Made by a program: the position numbers and the translations under genes
Assembly: GCA_027251445.1 (NCBI GenBank)
Contig: JAPNQO010000113.1
Coordinates: 1 to 47,270 of the forward strand
Length of the DNA: 47,270 nucleotides
Direction of reading: 5' to 3'
From: Fidelibacterota bacterium
GTDB taxonomy: Bacteria > Fidelibacterota > Marinisomatia > Marinisomatales > TCS55
Shown: piece by piece, positions 1 to 9,279 of the stretch
How positions within the stretch are numbered: the stretch's first letter is position 1
Layout: each line of letters starts with the position of its first letter
The notes under the pieces: generated by a model
What the model was told of the DNA's origin: nothing
The model's input: only the letters and a program-made list of their open reading frames with translations
Databases searched by the model: none

Positions 1-973
1 TAGAAATACCCATTCCTGCCATACCCCATATTAAAAGAATTTTTCTGCCAAACTTATCAACCAGAAACATACCAATTATAGTAAATATCAGGTTTGTAAT
101 ACCAATTAATACCGATGCAAGAAACGCATCATCAGTTTGAAATCCAGATTCTAAAAATATTATGGGTCCATAATAAATAATTGTATCAATGCCGGTCAGA
201 TGAGCAAATAATGAAAAGACAACACCAACAATTAAAACTTTTCTCAATGATGGATGAAACAATTCTTTAATTGAAGTCTTTTTTTGTAATAACGATTCTT
301 TAATATCTTTTAATTCATTCGATGAGTTATTTTTGCCAGATACAATATTTAATATACTTAGAGCACCAGACTCATCCCCATTTTTCATTAGCCATCTTGG
401 AGACTCTGGAACAAACATGAGGCCAAATAGAAAGCATAAAGACGGAAGGCATTCAGTTGCCAGCATAAAACGCCAATTATTAATACCTGTATCTAATAGA
501 GCCCAGTTCGATAAATATGAAAATAATATCCCAACAACAATTGCCAATTGATTTAATGCGACTAGCCTACCTCGTATCTTAGCTGGAGATATTTCTGTTA
601 TATACATGGGCGAAACAACTGATGCCATACCCACTCCTAGACCCCCAACAAACCTAGCAATTACTAGTTCCATAAATGTTCGTGGTAAAGCAGAAAATAC
701 TGCAGAAATTAAAAAAAGAAGGCTGCAAAGTATGAGAACCTTTTTTCTTCCTGTCCAATCAGAAATCGGGCCTGCAATTAATGCACCAATAGTACATGCG
801 ATCATCAAATTGCTCACCGCAAATCCTTCTTGGTATGCATTTAATTCAAACTCAGTCCTTATAAATGGAATAGCTCCCGATATGACCCCGGTGTCAAAAC
901 CAAATAATAACCCCCCTAATGCAGCTATAACTGAATAAATTATTAATTGATTATTATTTGATTGTCTAGACAA
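1..973 (-). CDS. Sugar porter family MFS transporter (runs off the left edge; absent from the ORF track)
   Basis: Manual minus-strand translation from TTG at 973: MSRQSNNNQLIIYSVIAALGGLLFGFDTGVISGAIPFI, the sugar-porter N-terminal motif. Downstream VPESPRWL and D-x-x-GR-K motifs are also readable. Confidence 0.92.
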   Translation of the reverse strand, partial: MSRQSNNNQLIIYSVIAALGGLLFGFDTGVISGAIPFIRTEFELNAYQEGFAVSNLMIACTIGALIAGPISDWTGRKKVLILCSLLFLISAVFSALPRTFMELVIARFVGGLGVGMASVVSPMYITEISPAKIRGRLVALNQLAIVVGILFSYLSNWALLDTGINNWRFMLATECLPSLCFLFGLMFVPESPRWLMKNGDESGALSILNIVSGKNNSSNELKDIKESLLQKKTSIKELFHPSLRKVLIVGVVFSLFAHLTGIDTIIYYGPIIFLESGFQTDDAFLASVLIGITNLIFTIIGMFLVDKFGRKILLIWGMAGMGIS

Positions 974-975
974 TT

Positions 976-1824
976 TTATTTTAGTTGATTGCTTGACCAA
1001 TGTTGACCATTCTCAAGAATAAAAAATAATTGACCTAAGTTTTTTGCTTCATCAATAAAATCTTTTGGGGATTCTGTATTAAATGTAAACATATTATAAT
1101 GATGTGGAATAACTGCACGGGCATTTATCCTTTTTGCCAATGACGCAGATTCATGCCCCCACATATTTCCCGAAACCCTACGTTCTTTTTTTCTTCCATT
1201 GATTGGTAAGAACACAACATCTAAATCCCATTCTGTTAAATATTTTTCCATTTTATCATATTCAACAGTATCACCACTATGGTATATAGTCCAAGACCCA
1301 AACCTAACTATATAGCCTAAATAAAAATGATTTCCATTTTTATCTTTTTTTATTTTTTCATGCGCTGATGGAATTGCATGAATTGTAAACCCATTTGATT
1401 CAATTGTTTCGCCAACATTAATTGATTTAATTTTATCTTTAGATAAACTAGACCGTTCCATAGCAAGTTTCAATTCTGCAGTTGGAACAATTAAATCCAG
1501 ATTATTATTTGATTTAACAAGGGGAAGTAATGTTTCTGGGTCTAAATGATCTGTATGCCCATGACTAGCTGTTACGACATCAATAAAATCCATTTTTAAT
1601 GGATTAACAATCCTGTCAGTCATTCGGATATGGGGCTTATCAGTCTGGGCGTATTTTTTTGTTAGTGATTCTGATAAATAAGGATCCATAAGTAAATGTT
1701 TGCCATTCCATTGAATTAAAAAGCCACTCTGCCCTAACCACCATACATTAAAATCATTCTTATCATTTTTATGTTTACGTACACTTTTTAAAAAAGAGTT
1801 TTCTGAACAATAAGCTTTACGCAT
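976..1824 (-). CDS. MBL-fold metallo-hydrolase, UlaG-like
   Basis: WWLGQSGF, DPYLS, SHGHTDHLD (HxHxDH), YHSGDT, LPING and IPHHY motifs. ATG at 1824 is preferred over 1893, which overlaps the upstream gene. Confidence 0.85.
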   Translation of the reverse strand: MRKAYCSENSFLKSVRKHKNDKNDFNVWWLGQSGFLIQWNGKHLLMDPYLSESLTKKYAQTDKPHIRMTDRIVNPLKMDFIDVVTASHGHTDHLDPETLLPLVKSNNNLDLIVPTAELKLAMERSSLSKDKIKSINVGETIESNGFTIHAIPSAHEKIKKDKNGNHFYLGYIVRFGSWTIYHSGDTVEYDKMEKYLTEWDLDVVFLPINGRKKERRVSGNMWGHESASLAKRINARAVIPHHYNMFTFNTESPKDFIDEAKNLGQLFFILENGQHWSSNQLK

Positions 1825-1826
1825 TT

Positions 1827-2858
1827 TTACAATGAATTTTTCACTTTTTTTACACCACGCACCATATTTTTCAATTTTTCTTTTGCAGCCCAACGTGCGG
1901 TTTGACTAAGCCCACAATCTGGGGCAAATGATAAACGTTCTGGTGGTGCATATTGTAAACATTTATTCACTCTTAAAGATATCTCATCCACAGATTCTAT
2001 ATAGTAGCTTTTTACATCAACTATGCCTATAGCAACATTTTTATGTTTTACTATTTCTTTTATAATTTCTAATTCAGAAAATTCGCGACTAGCCATTTCC
2101 ACATGTATTTCATCAACCTTCATATCGAGAAAAGATGGGAACATGGGTTTATACACGCGAGGACTAACTGCTCGCCCCTTATAATTTCCAAAACATAAAT
2201 GAATTGAAAGATTAGCTTTTCCTATAATGGATTCAATTGTACGATTAAAAATATCAACGAACTTTATGGGGTTTTCTCTATACGCATAACAACTCATGGA
2301 TGGCTCATCGATTGTTATTTCTTTACAGCCAGCCTTAATTAATTCTTCTAATTCGCTTCTGACTAAAGGGAGTAGGGCTTCTGTGATTGCATAGCGGTCA
2401 GGGTGCTGTTTATTTGGAATAATTCTTCCACTTAATGTGTATGGACCAGGTATGCTTGCTTTAAGCAGTGGAGGATTAAGTGGGGATAGTTTTTTTAAAC
2501 GTTCAAAGTCTTTAACTATACCCAAACCGTTTGGAGCATTTAATTGTTCAACTATATTATATTTTCCACGTTGATCGTGAGCAGGGGGTCCAAAATGTCT
2601 TATGTTTTTTGATTCTTCTTCTAGACCCTCTATGAACCTATAGAATGATAAATTAAAATCTCTTCTTGACATTTCTCCATCAGTGATTACATCTAAACCT
2701 GCAGTTATTTGATCCCCAACAGCAGTCGTAACGGCATCATTTATAAGCTCATTACGATCATATTCACCAAAAGAAGAAATATTGGAAAATGCATATTCGT
2801 ACCATCCTGGGAGGGGATAGCTTCCAATAACAGTGGTTCTTAGATTAGAATCTTTCAT
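1827..2858 (-). CDS. Cobalamin-independent methionine synthase II family protein (single catalytic barrel)
   Basis: TTVIGSYP, GLDVITDGE, IDEP, Zn ligands HLC...E...PDCG; 343 aa, about half of full-length MetE. Confidence 0.85.
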   Translation of the reverse strand: MKDSNLRTTVIGSYPLPGWYEYAFSNISSFGEYDRNELINDAVTTAVGDQITAGLDVITDGEMSRRDFNLSFYRFIEGLEEESKNIRHFGPPAHDQRGKYNIVEQLNAPNGLGIVKDFERLKKLSPLNPPLLKASIPGPYTLSGRIIPNKQHPDRYAITEALLPLVRSELEELIKAGCKEITIDEPSMSCYAYRENPIKFVDIFNRTIESIIGKANLSIHLCFGNYKGRAVSPRVYKPMFPSFLDMKVDEIHVEMASREFSELEIIKEIVKHKNVAIGIVDVKSYYIESVDEISLRVNKCLQYAPPERLSFAPDCGLSQTARWAAKEKLKNMVRGVKKVKNSL

Positions 2859-2909
2859 TGATAGTAACTAATTATTGATAATAAAGAAAAAATTCGATAA
2901 TTAAAAAAA

Positions 2910-3545
2910 TTATATAGATATTTTGTCTATAACTCTTTTTGATAACTTTGCGATTGTATCAAAATCTGAATTTATAATTAATTTACGATCTACAATTTCA
3001 GTCATACCACAGGCGCTTACACAGTTAAGGTTTAAATATTTTCTAATGTTATTTATTTTTATACCACCAGTTGGAATGAATGAAATATCTGAAAATGGAG
3101 CACTAAGGGTTTTTAGTGTGTTTATACCTCCATATGGCTCTGAAGGAAAAAATTTTAATAGATGAATTGAATTATTTTTTGCTTTTTGTATTTCGGTTGG
3201 AGTAATACAGCCTGGAATATATTGTATATTGTTTTTTAAACTTTCAATTGCTAGTGTTTCATCAAATCCAGGGGATACTATGAATTCTGCTCCAGCATTT
3301 ATAGCATTATGAAGTTGTTCAATATTAGTAATAGTCCCAGCGCCAAGTGTAAACTTATTAAACTGTGAGAATATTTTAAGAGATTCTATTGCTGCCCCAG
3401 TCCGCAAGGTTATTTCAGCGCATGTAATTCCAGAATTGAATAATGCTTCAGCAAGCGGTAATGCTTTTTTATCATCATCTATTATAATTACTGGAATTAC
3501 CTTTGATTTAGATAGCGCCTTTTCAATATAACTCTTTTTAACCAT
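2910..3545 (-). CDS. eda: KDPG/KHG aldolase
   Basis: AEITLRT, GAGT, GAEFIVSPG, PGCITPTE, LKFFP and FIPTGGI motifs. Confidence 0.93.
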   Translation of the reverse strand: MVKKSYIEKALSKSKVIPVIIIDDDKKALPLAEALFNSGITCAEITLRTGAAIESLKIFSQFNKFTLGAGTITNIEQLHNAINAGAEFIVSPGFDETLAIESLKNNIQYIPGCITPTEIQKAKNNSIHLLKFFPSEPYGGINTLKTLSAPFSDISFIPTGGIKINNIRKYLNLNCVSACGMTEIVDRKLIINSDFDTIAKLSKRVIDKISI

Positions 3546-4311
3546 TTACACTCCATCCTCCATCAACGCTTAAAACTTGACCTGTTGTAAAAATGGACTT
3601 GTCTGACATAAAATAAGTTGCAGCCCCATCAAGGTCTAATGCTTGCCCAATTCGACCCCCATCTAAAGATTGTTTTTGTTTTATATAGCTTTTTATATTT
3701 GTATTAGACTGCGCTCTTTCAGACATTGGAGTTGCAATTAATCCAGGAGAAATAACATTAATACGAATATTATATTTTGAATAATAGGATGCTAGTGATT
3801 TACTTAGCCCAATAACAGCTGCTTTAGTAGAAGCATATGCATGTGTTGAAAAAAATTTTGAAGATGGAGAAAAACCTAAGACAGAGCTCATATTTAATAT
3901 TGCGCCACCTTTCCCTTGGTTAATAAATTGCTGTATTATAGCGCGATTCGAATAAAAAATAGAATCTAAATTTATTGATATAGTATAATCCCACGCCTTA
4001 TCAGAAATCTCGTGTATTGGTCCATCGCCTTTTTCTCTTCCGCTGCCGCCAGCTACGTGATAGAGCCCGTGTAAATCGCCAAACTTATTCAAAGATTGTT
4101 TTATAGCAGTATTTATAGTTTCAGGGCTGGAGGCATCACCTTTAATAGTTATACCATTATTGCCCAAATCTATTTCTACATCTAATAATTTTTTACTATT
4201 TCTACCAATAACGGTTAAGAAAGCACCCTCATTTAAAAATGCTTTTACTGCCGACCTACCTATACCTGATGACCCACCAACAACAATAATATTTTTTTTA
4301 TCTAACAACAT
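3538..4311 (-). CDS. SDR family NAD(P)-dependent oxidoreductase
   Basis: GGSSGIG nucleotide-binding motif, YASTK catalytic motif, NVISPG, TGQVLSVDGG. Confidence 0.92.
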   Translation of the reverse strand: MLLDKKNIIVVGGSSGIGRSAVKAFLNEGAFLTVIGRNSKKLLDVEIDLGNNGITIKGDASSPETINTAIKQSLNKFGDLHGLYHVAGGSGREKGDGPIHEISDKAWDYTISINLDSIFYSNRAIIQQFINQGKGGAILNMSSVLGFSPSSKFFSTHAYASTKAAVIGLSKSLASYYSKYNIRINVISPGLIATPMSERAQSNTNIKSYIKQKQSLDGGRIGQALDLDGAATYFMSDKSIFTTGQVLSVDGGWSVNG

Positions 4312-4437
4312 AAGTATTTAATAAGTCATTTAATTAAATATAGATGCAATGTAAAATGATTATTTATATTATAAAGCAATTTTATTGCATCTAAGTATTT
4401 ATTAATACATAATAATTTTGGGGGATAAAAAATAAAA

Positions 4438-5250
4438 ATGGATTTTGGCACTATACTTGGCCTGATTGCTGGCGTAGGAATTATTTTTCTGGGGATATTA
4501 AGGCAGGATGGTGATGTCGCATGGTTTTGGAGTTTAAATTCATTTATTATTGTTTTAGGAGGGACTATTGCGGCATCAATGGTGAACTATCCTATAAAAA
4601 ATATTTTAGGACTATTTTCTGTTGTTAAAAATGTTTTTTCAAGTGATGAAAATGATTATCAAGGAATTATTGAAGAAATAGTAGAAAAAGGAGAAAAAGC
4701 TAGAAAAAATGGCGTTTTGTCTTTAGAAGCTGATTTAACATCTATTGAAAGCACTTTTTTAAGAAACGGTATAGAGCTAGCAATAAATGAGAGAGACCCT
4801 GCCAGGCTAAGGAATTATTTGAATTTAGAATTAAGTAATATTCAAAAAAGACATAAAATGGGGCAGGAAATATTTTTTTACTTAGGTTCATATGCACCAG
4901 CCTTTGGCATGTTAGGCACTGTGATGGGCTTAATTGTAATGATGAATAATTTTTCTGGGGGCAACTCTGCTGATGTAAGTAGTATTGATTTTGATGTTGC
5001 TCAAAAGTTTGCACAACTACTAGGAGGAATGGGGCTTGCCTTAATAACTACTTTTTATGGTGTTCTTTTATCTAACCTAGTATTCCTGCCAATCGGAGGA
5101 AAATTAACCCGTAAATCACAAGAAGAAATGATGCTAAAAAGTATTGTTGTTGAAGGAATAATAAGTATCCACTCTAAAGAACATCCGATCCTTATGAGGG
5201 AGAAGTTGATGACTTTTGTTCCGCAATCTTCCAGACAGGATGATGACTAA
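4438..5250 (+). CDS. motA: MotA/PomA-family stator ion-channel subunit
   Basis: IIVLGGT, ARKNGVLSLE, APAFGMLGTVMGLI, ALITTFYG...LPIGGKL; four hydrophobic segments. Confidence 0.88.
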   Translation: MDFGTILGLIAGVGIIFLGILRQDGDVAWFWSLNSFIIVLGGTIAASMVNYPIKNILGLFSVVKNVFSSDENDYQGIIEEIVEKGEKARKNGVLSLEADLTSIESTFLRNGIELAINERDPARLRNYLNLELSNIQKRHKMGQEIFFYLGSYAPAFGMLGTVMGLIVMMNNFSGGNSADVSSIDFDVAQKFAQLLGGMGLALITTFYGVLLSNLVFLPIGGKLTRKSQEEMMLKSIVVEGIISIHSKEHPILMREKLMTFVPQSSRQDDD

Positions 5251-5976
5251 ATGTCTTCTGAATCATATGGAATGTCTGCAGAAGAGGCAAAAGCTAAAAG
5301 CACAGCTTGGGCAGTAACTTATGCTGATTTAGTAACCCTGCTATTGACATTCTTTATCTTATTATTAGTAATACTTAATGATGCAGAAAAACATATTGAT
5401 AGAGTAATTAATATGCTTTTAGATGAGACTTACAAAGAATTAAAAGAAAATATAGAGTCTTCTTATGTTTCTGTTGATCGGGTTACAAAAGGTGTAAAAA
5501 TTACTTTAGCTAGCGGTAGGCTCTTTAAGTCAATGGATGACGATGTTCAGCCTTTAGTTTACCCTCTTTTAAGACAGATAGGAGGCATAGTTCGTGTATC
5601 AAAATTATTAAATGTATATGATGATGATAAATTTGCAAATTTATTGACAGCAATTGAGAAAAGAGGAGGGTTCCTTAATGTTGAAATTCGATGTGAAGGA
5701 CATACAGATGATTTACCATTACCTAAAAATGCACCATTCCAAAGTAATTGGGATCTTTCAACATCAAGAGCACTAAATATTGTTAAGCTTTTAAGTGATT
5801 TTTCACGAATTCCTGAAAGTAAGTTTTCTGCAATGGGATATGGAGAACACCGCCCTGTTTTGCCTGTTAGTTCAATTGGTAAAAACTCTGTAGATATAAG
5901 AAAAGCAAGAGCAAAAAACCGTAGAGTTGAAATCTATATGGATGCTTTTATTAAACAAAACACCCTTACGAATTAA
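5251..5976 (+). CDS. motB: MotB/PomB-family stator subunit with OmpA-like peptidoglycan-binding domain
   Basis: WAVTYADLVTLLLTFFILL transmembrane helix with the conserved Asp; EGHTDD, SNWDLSTSRA, GYGEHRP, NRRVEI. Confidence 0.88.
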   Translation: MSSESYGMSAEEAKAKSTAWAVTYADLVTLLLTFFILLLVILNDAEKHIDRVINMLLDETYKELKENIESSYVSVDRVTKGVKITLASGRLFKSMDDDVQPLVYPLLRQIGGIVRVSKLLNVYDDDKFANLLTAIEKRGGFLNVEIRCEGHTDDLPLPKNAPFQSNWDLSTSRALNIVKLLSDFSRIPESKFSAMGYGEHRPVLPVSSIGKNSVDIRKARAKNRRVEIYMDAFIKQNTLTN

Positions 5977-5986
5977 ACAAATATTA

Positions 5987-6571
5987 ATGAAGCAATTATC
6001 TATACTGTTATTTTTTATATCAATTTTTGTGTTTGGCCAAACAACTGAGGTAATTAAAAAAACAGATATCTATGTTAAGCCCAATAAAAACAAGGAAAAT
6101 ATAATTGGACAAATTTTCCCTGAATCTTCTGTGGTAAAACTTAAAAAAGATAAATCTGGTGAATTTATTAAAGCCACAATTGAATTTTATATTCCGGTGG
6201 AGTCGCTTCTTGAAGGGCGTGTTTCACATATGGCAGGAGTTACGCAAATAGCTGATAATGCAAAATATAAATTAATTTCAGCTAATAAAAATGGAAAACA
6301 GGTTAATATAAAACTACGAGTGGCCAATATCAGCCATTCAAAAGAATTAGATTTCTCAGCAATGGCATTATTAAAAGCCAACGGCTCTGGAAATAATAAA
6401 GGAGAACTAAATCCGTTTAAAGGACAACATCAAGATTTGGCAATAATTGCTCCAAGAGGACATGTGATTGCAGATCTACATTATGATTTTAAATCAAAAC
6501 CAAAAAATATCGAATTAATTTGTATTGGTAAACTTGGAGGTGACCGTATATACTATAATTTAGGGTTTTGA
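5987..6571 (+). CDS. Secreted hypothetical protein; possible N-terminal SH3b-like domain and C-terminal Ig-like domain
   Basis: Signal peptide MKQLSILLFFISIFVFG from ATG 5987, 10 nt after the motB stop. Domain assignment is by pattern only. Confidence 0.6.
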   Translation: MKQLSILLFFISIFVFGQTTEVIKKTDIYVKPNKNKENIIGQIFPESSVVKLKKDKSGEFIKATIEFYIPVESLLEGRVSHMAGVTQIADNAKYKLISANKNGKQVNIKLRVANISHSKELDFSAMALLKANGSGNNKGELNPFKGQHQDLAIIAPRGHVIADLHYDFKSKPKNIELICIGKLGGDRIYYNLGF

Positions 6572-6573
6572 AA

Positions 6574-6912
6574 TTATTTTGAATCTTTTTCGATTACTTT
6601 AAAAACCTTTTCTCCTTTTTTTGCCATTCTAAATCTTTCTCTTGCAAGTTGTTCAATATATTTAGCGTCACTATTAAGTTTATTTTTTTCTTCCTCAAGC
6701 ACCTGCTTTTTAATTCTCAACGAAGAAATAGCATCTTGAATTTTTGCCTTTTCCGTACGTAATTGATATAATTGATATAACCCATGATCACCAAAGAAAA
6801 ATATAATTAGAAGTATTATTGAACCAACAACAAGAATTACACGAATAAGCTGTTGTTGAAACTTATTTGAATTTATTTTTTTCCTTTTTGTCTGTATGTA
6901 GTTACTTCTCAT
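6574..6912 (-). CDS. ftsB: Septum formation initiator FtsB/DivIC
   Basis: TM helix, GDHGL, coiled coil, [16 protein letters not shown]; conserved position after eno. Confidence 0.88.
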   Translation of the reverse strand: MRSNYIQTKRKKINSNKFQQQLIRVILVVGSIILLIIFFFGDHGLYQLYQLRTEKAKIQDAISSLRIKKQVLEEEKNKLNSDAKYIEQLARERFRMAKKGEKVFKVIEKDSK

Positions 6913-8194
6913 TATGACCTAATACTTCAGCTCCAGGATAATTAGATTTATTTGACAGATTTTGTTCAATTCTGAGAAGCTGATTATATTTACAAATGCG
7001 ATCTGTTCGAGATGCGCTACCTGTTTTAATTTGACCAACCCCACTTGCAACAGCTAAATCTGCTATAGTTGTATCTTCTGTTTCCCCTGATCTATGAGAT
7101 ATTATTGCTCCAAAATCAGCTTTTTTTGCAAGGGCAATAGCATCCAATGTTTCTGTTAAAGTACCAATTTGATTTAATTTGATTAAAATTGCATTCATAG
7201 CTTTCAAATCAATTGCTTTTTGTAATCGGTTTATATTTGTTACCGTTAAATCATCGCCAACTATTTGAACTTTATCTCCCAGCGTTTCATTCATTAAAGA
7301 CCAACCACCCCAATCATTTTCATCTAAGCCATCCTCAATCGAAATTATAGGATATGTTTCAATTATATTTTGATAATATGAAATCATTTGATCGGACGAT
7401 AAAGATCTATTTTCTGATTTTATTATATACTTATCTTTATCAAAGAGCTCACTTGCAGCAACATCTAAAGCTATATAAACATTTTTACCAGCTTTATATC
7501 CCGCATTATCTATTGCTTTTAAAATAACCTCTATTGCTTCATGGTTAGATTTCAAATTAGGTGCAAACCCACCTTCATCGCCTACTGATGTACTAAGATT
7601 TTTATTTTTTAACACTTTTTTTAATTGGTGAAATATTTCAGTACCCATTTGTAATGCATTTGAAAATGACCTTGCTCCTATTGGGAAAACCATGAATTCT
7701 TGAAAATCCACATTATTATCAGCATGGCTTCCGCCATTAATTATATTCATCATAGGTATCGGCATAGTATAAGTTTTATTTTGATTTAAATATTCATAAA
7801 ACGGCATCTTTGTGGAATTTGATGCAGATTTTGCCACTGCAATTGAAATGCCAAGTATTGAATTAGCGCCTAGCTTTGATTTATTTGAAGTTCCATCTAA
7901 TGAAATCATAGCTTCATCTATATTTTTTTGATTTAACGCATCTAAGCCAATTATTTCATTTGCAATAGTTGTGTTAACTATTTTAACTGCTTTTTTTACT
8001 CCTTTTCCTAAGTATCGTAAAGTATCATTATCACGCAATTCAACAGCTTCATGCTCCCCTGTAGAGGCGCCAGAAGGAACTGCTGCTCGCCCTAAAGATC
8101 CATCCGATAGTGTTACGTCCACTTCTATTGTTGGATTACCTCGAGAATCCAAGATTTCCCTAGCAATTATCTTATATATAGTTGAATTATCCAT
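6902..8194 (-). CDS. eno: Enolase
   Basis: [44 protein letters not shown]. Confidence 0.99.
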   Translation of the reverse strand: MDNSTIYKIIAREILDSRGNPTIEVDVTLSDGSLGRAAVPSGASTGEHEAVELRDNDTLRYLGKGVKKAVKIVNTTIANEIIGLDALNQKNIDEAMISLDGTSNKSKLGANSILGISIAVAKSASNSTKMPFYEYLNQNKTYTMPIPMMNIINGGSHADNNVDFQEFMVFPIGARSFSNALQMGTEIFHQLKKVLKNKNLSTSVGDEGGFAPNLKSNHEAIEVILKAIDNAGYKAGKNVYIALDVAASELFDKDKYIIKSENRSLSSDQMISYYQNIIETYPIISIEDGLDENDWGGWSLMNETLGDKVQIVGDDLTVTNINRLQKAIDLKAMNAILIKLNQIGTLTETLDAIALAKKADFGAIISHRSGETEDTTIADLAVASGVGQIKTGSASRTDRICKYNQLLRIEQNLSNKSNYPGAEVLGHNEK

Positions 8195-8307
8195 TCAATT
8201 AGTAATCAATTTTATTCATGTAATATTTAATAGTAATTCAATATTAACAAAAAAGCTTATAAAAAATTGGAACAAATCACCTATACATATTCGTTAAATT
8301 CAGCTAC

Positions 8308-9273
8308 ATGATCAATATTGAAAGATACAATAATAGCTTTTCAGATGAGTGGGAACAAATTATTCAGTTTTCAAATAATGGTACAATATTTCATAAAAGA
8401 AAATTTTTATCATATCATCCTAAAGACAGATTTATAGATCACAGCCTTGTATTTTATAAAAATAATAAGCCATTCACTCTTTTGCCAGCAGCTGAAATAA
8501 ATGAATCAGGTAAAAAGATATTGGTTTCACATCCTGGCGCTTCAATGGGGTCTTTTGTTACCCCATCCAATCTTTCTTTTAATGATTCCCTTGAATTAGT
8601 AAATCAGTTAAATATTTATATAGAAAAACTTAATTTTTCTGGTATTAGGATAACCCTGCCACCTATTATCTACAATAAAAGAAAATCTAACTACATGGAT
8701 TATTCTTTACTTAAAAATGGATATAAATATGTTAAAAGGGAGGTTAGCAGTATACTCTTTTTAGAGGATTCTGTAGAAAAAAATGTAAATAAATTTAAAC
8801 CATCGCATAGGCAAGCCTTACGAAAAGCTCAACGATCAGGATTGGTTATTAAAAAAAGCGATGACTTTAATTCCTTTTATAATATTTTGAAAAAAAATCT
8901 TAAAAGTCGCCACAATGTTAGCCCAACGCATACTGTTGATGAGCTATTAAGACTTAATAAATTATTTAACAAGGATATTGTGCTCTATGGTGCTTTTTTA
9001 GAAGATTTGATGATAGGGGGTGTTGTTAATTTTGCAACTAATGAGGATGTTATACTTTCATTTTATATTAGCCATGATGAAGAATATCAAGAATACAGAC
9101 CGGTTAATTTATTATTTTATGAAATACTAAAAGATGCAATCAGCAACAAATTTAAAATTTTAGATTTCGGGATATTTACTGTAGATGAAGAGCCCAATAT
9201 GGGTTTAGCAAAATTTAAAGAAAATTTTGGATCTAGCGGAATCTTTAGAGATACGTTAGCCATTTATTTCTAA
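8308..9273 (+). CDS. FemAB-like GNAT-family acyltransferase
   Basis: NGTIFH, SHPGAS, RQALRKA, LDFG...GLAKFKENFG double-GNAT pattern; next to a flippase gene. Confidence 0.75.
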   Translation: MINIERYNNSFSDEWEQIIQFSNNGTIFHKRKFLSYHPKDRFIDHSLVFYKNNKPFTLLPAAEINESGKKILVSHPGASMGSFVTPSNLSFNDSLELVNQLNIYIEKLNFSGIRITLPPIIYNKRKSNYMDYSLLKNGYKYVKREVSSILFLEDSVEKNVNKFKPSHRQALRKAQRSGLVIKKSDDFNSFYNILKKNLKSRHNVSPTHTVDELLRLNKLFNKDIVLYGAFLEDLMIGGVVNFATNEDVILSFYISHDEEYQEYRPVNLLFYEILKDAISNKFKILDFGIFTVDEEPNMGLAKFKENFGSSGIFRDTLAIYF

Positions 9274-9279
9274 AATACT

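Noticed and set aside
333..938. Plus-strand ORFs 333-551 and 606-938
   Set aside because: Antisense shadows of the minus-strand sugar porter gene.
4374..4390. Sigma54 promoter for motA (AAGCAATTTTATTGCAT)
   Set aside because: The -12 TTGC fits, but the near-invariant -24 GG reads AG.
4438..6571. Zorya anti-phage system (ZorA/ZorB)
   Set aside because: The A subunit is 270 aa without the long ZorA tail, carries flagellar-type MotA motifs, and there is no ZorC/D/E-like gene.
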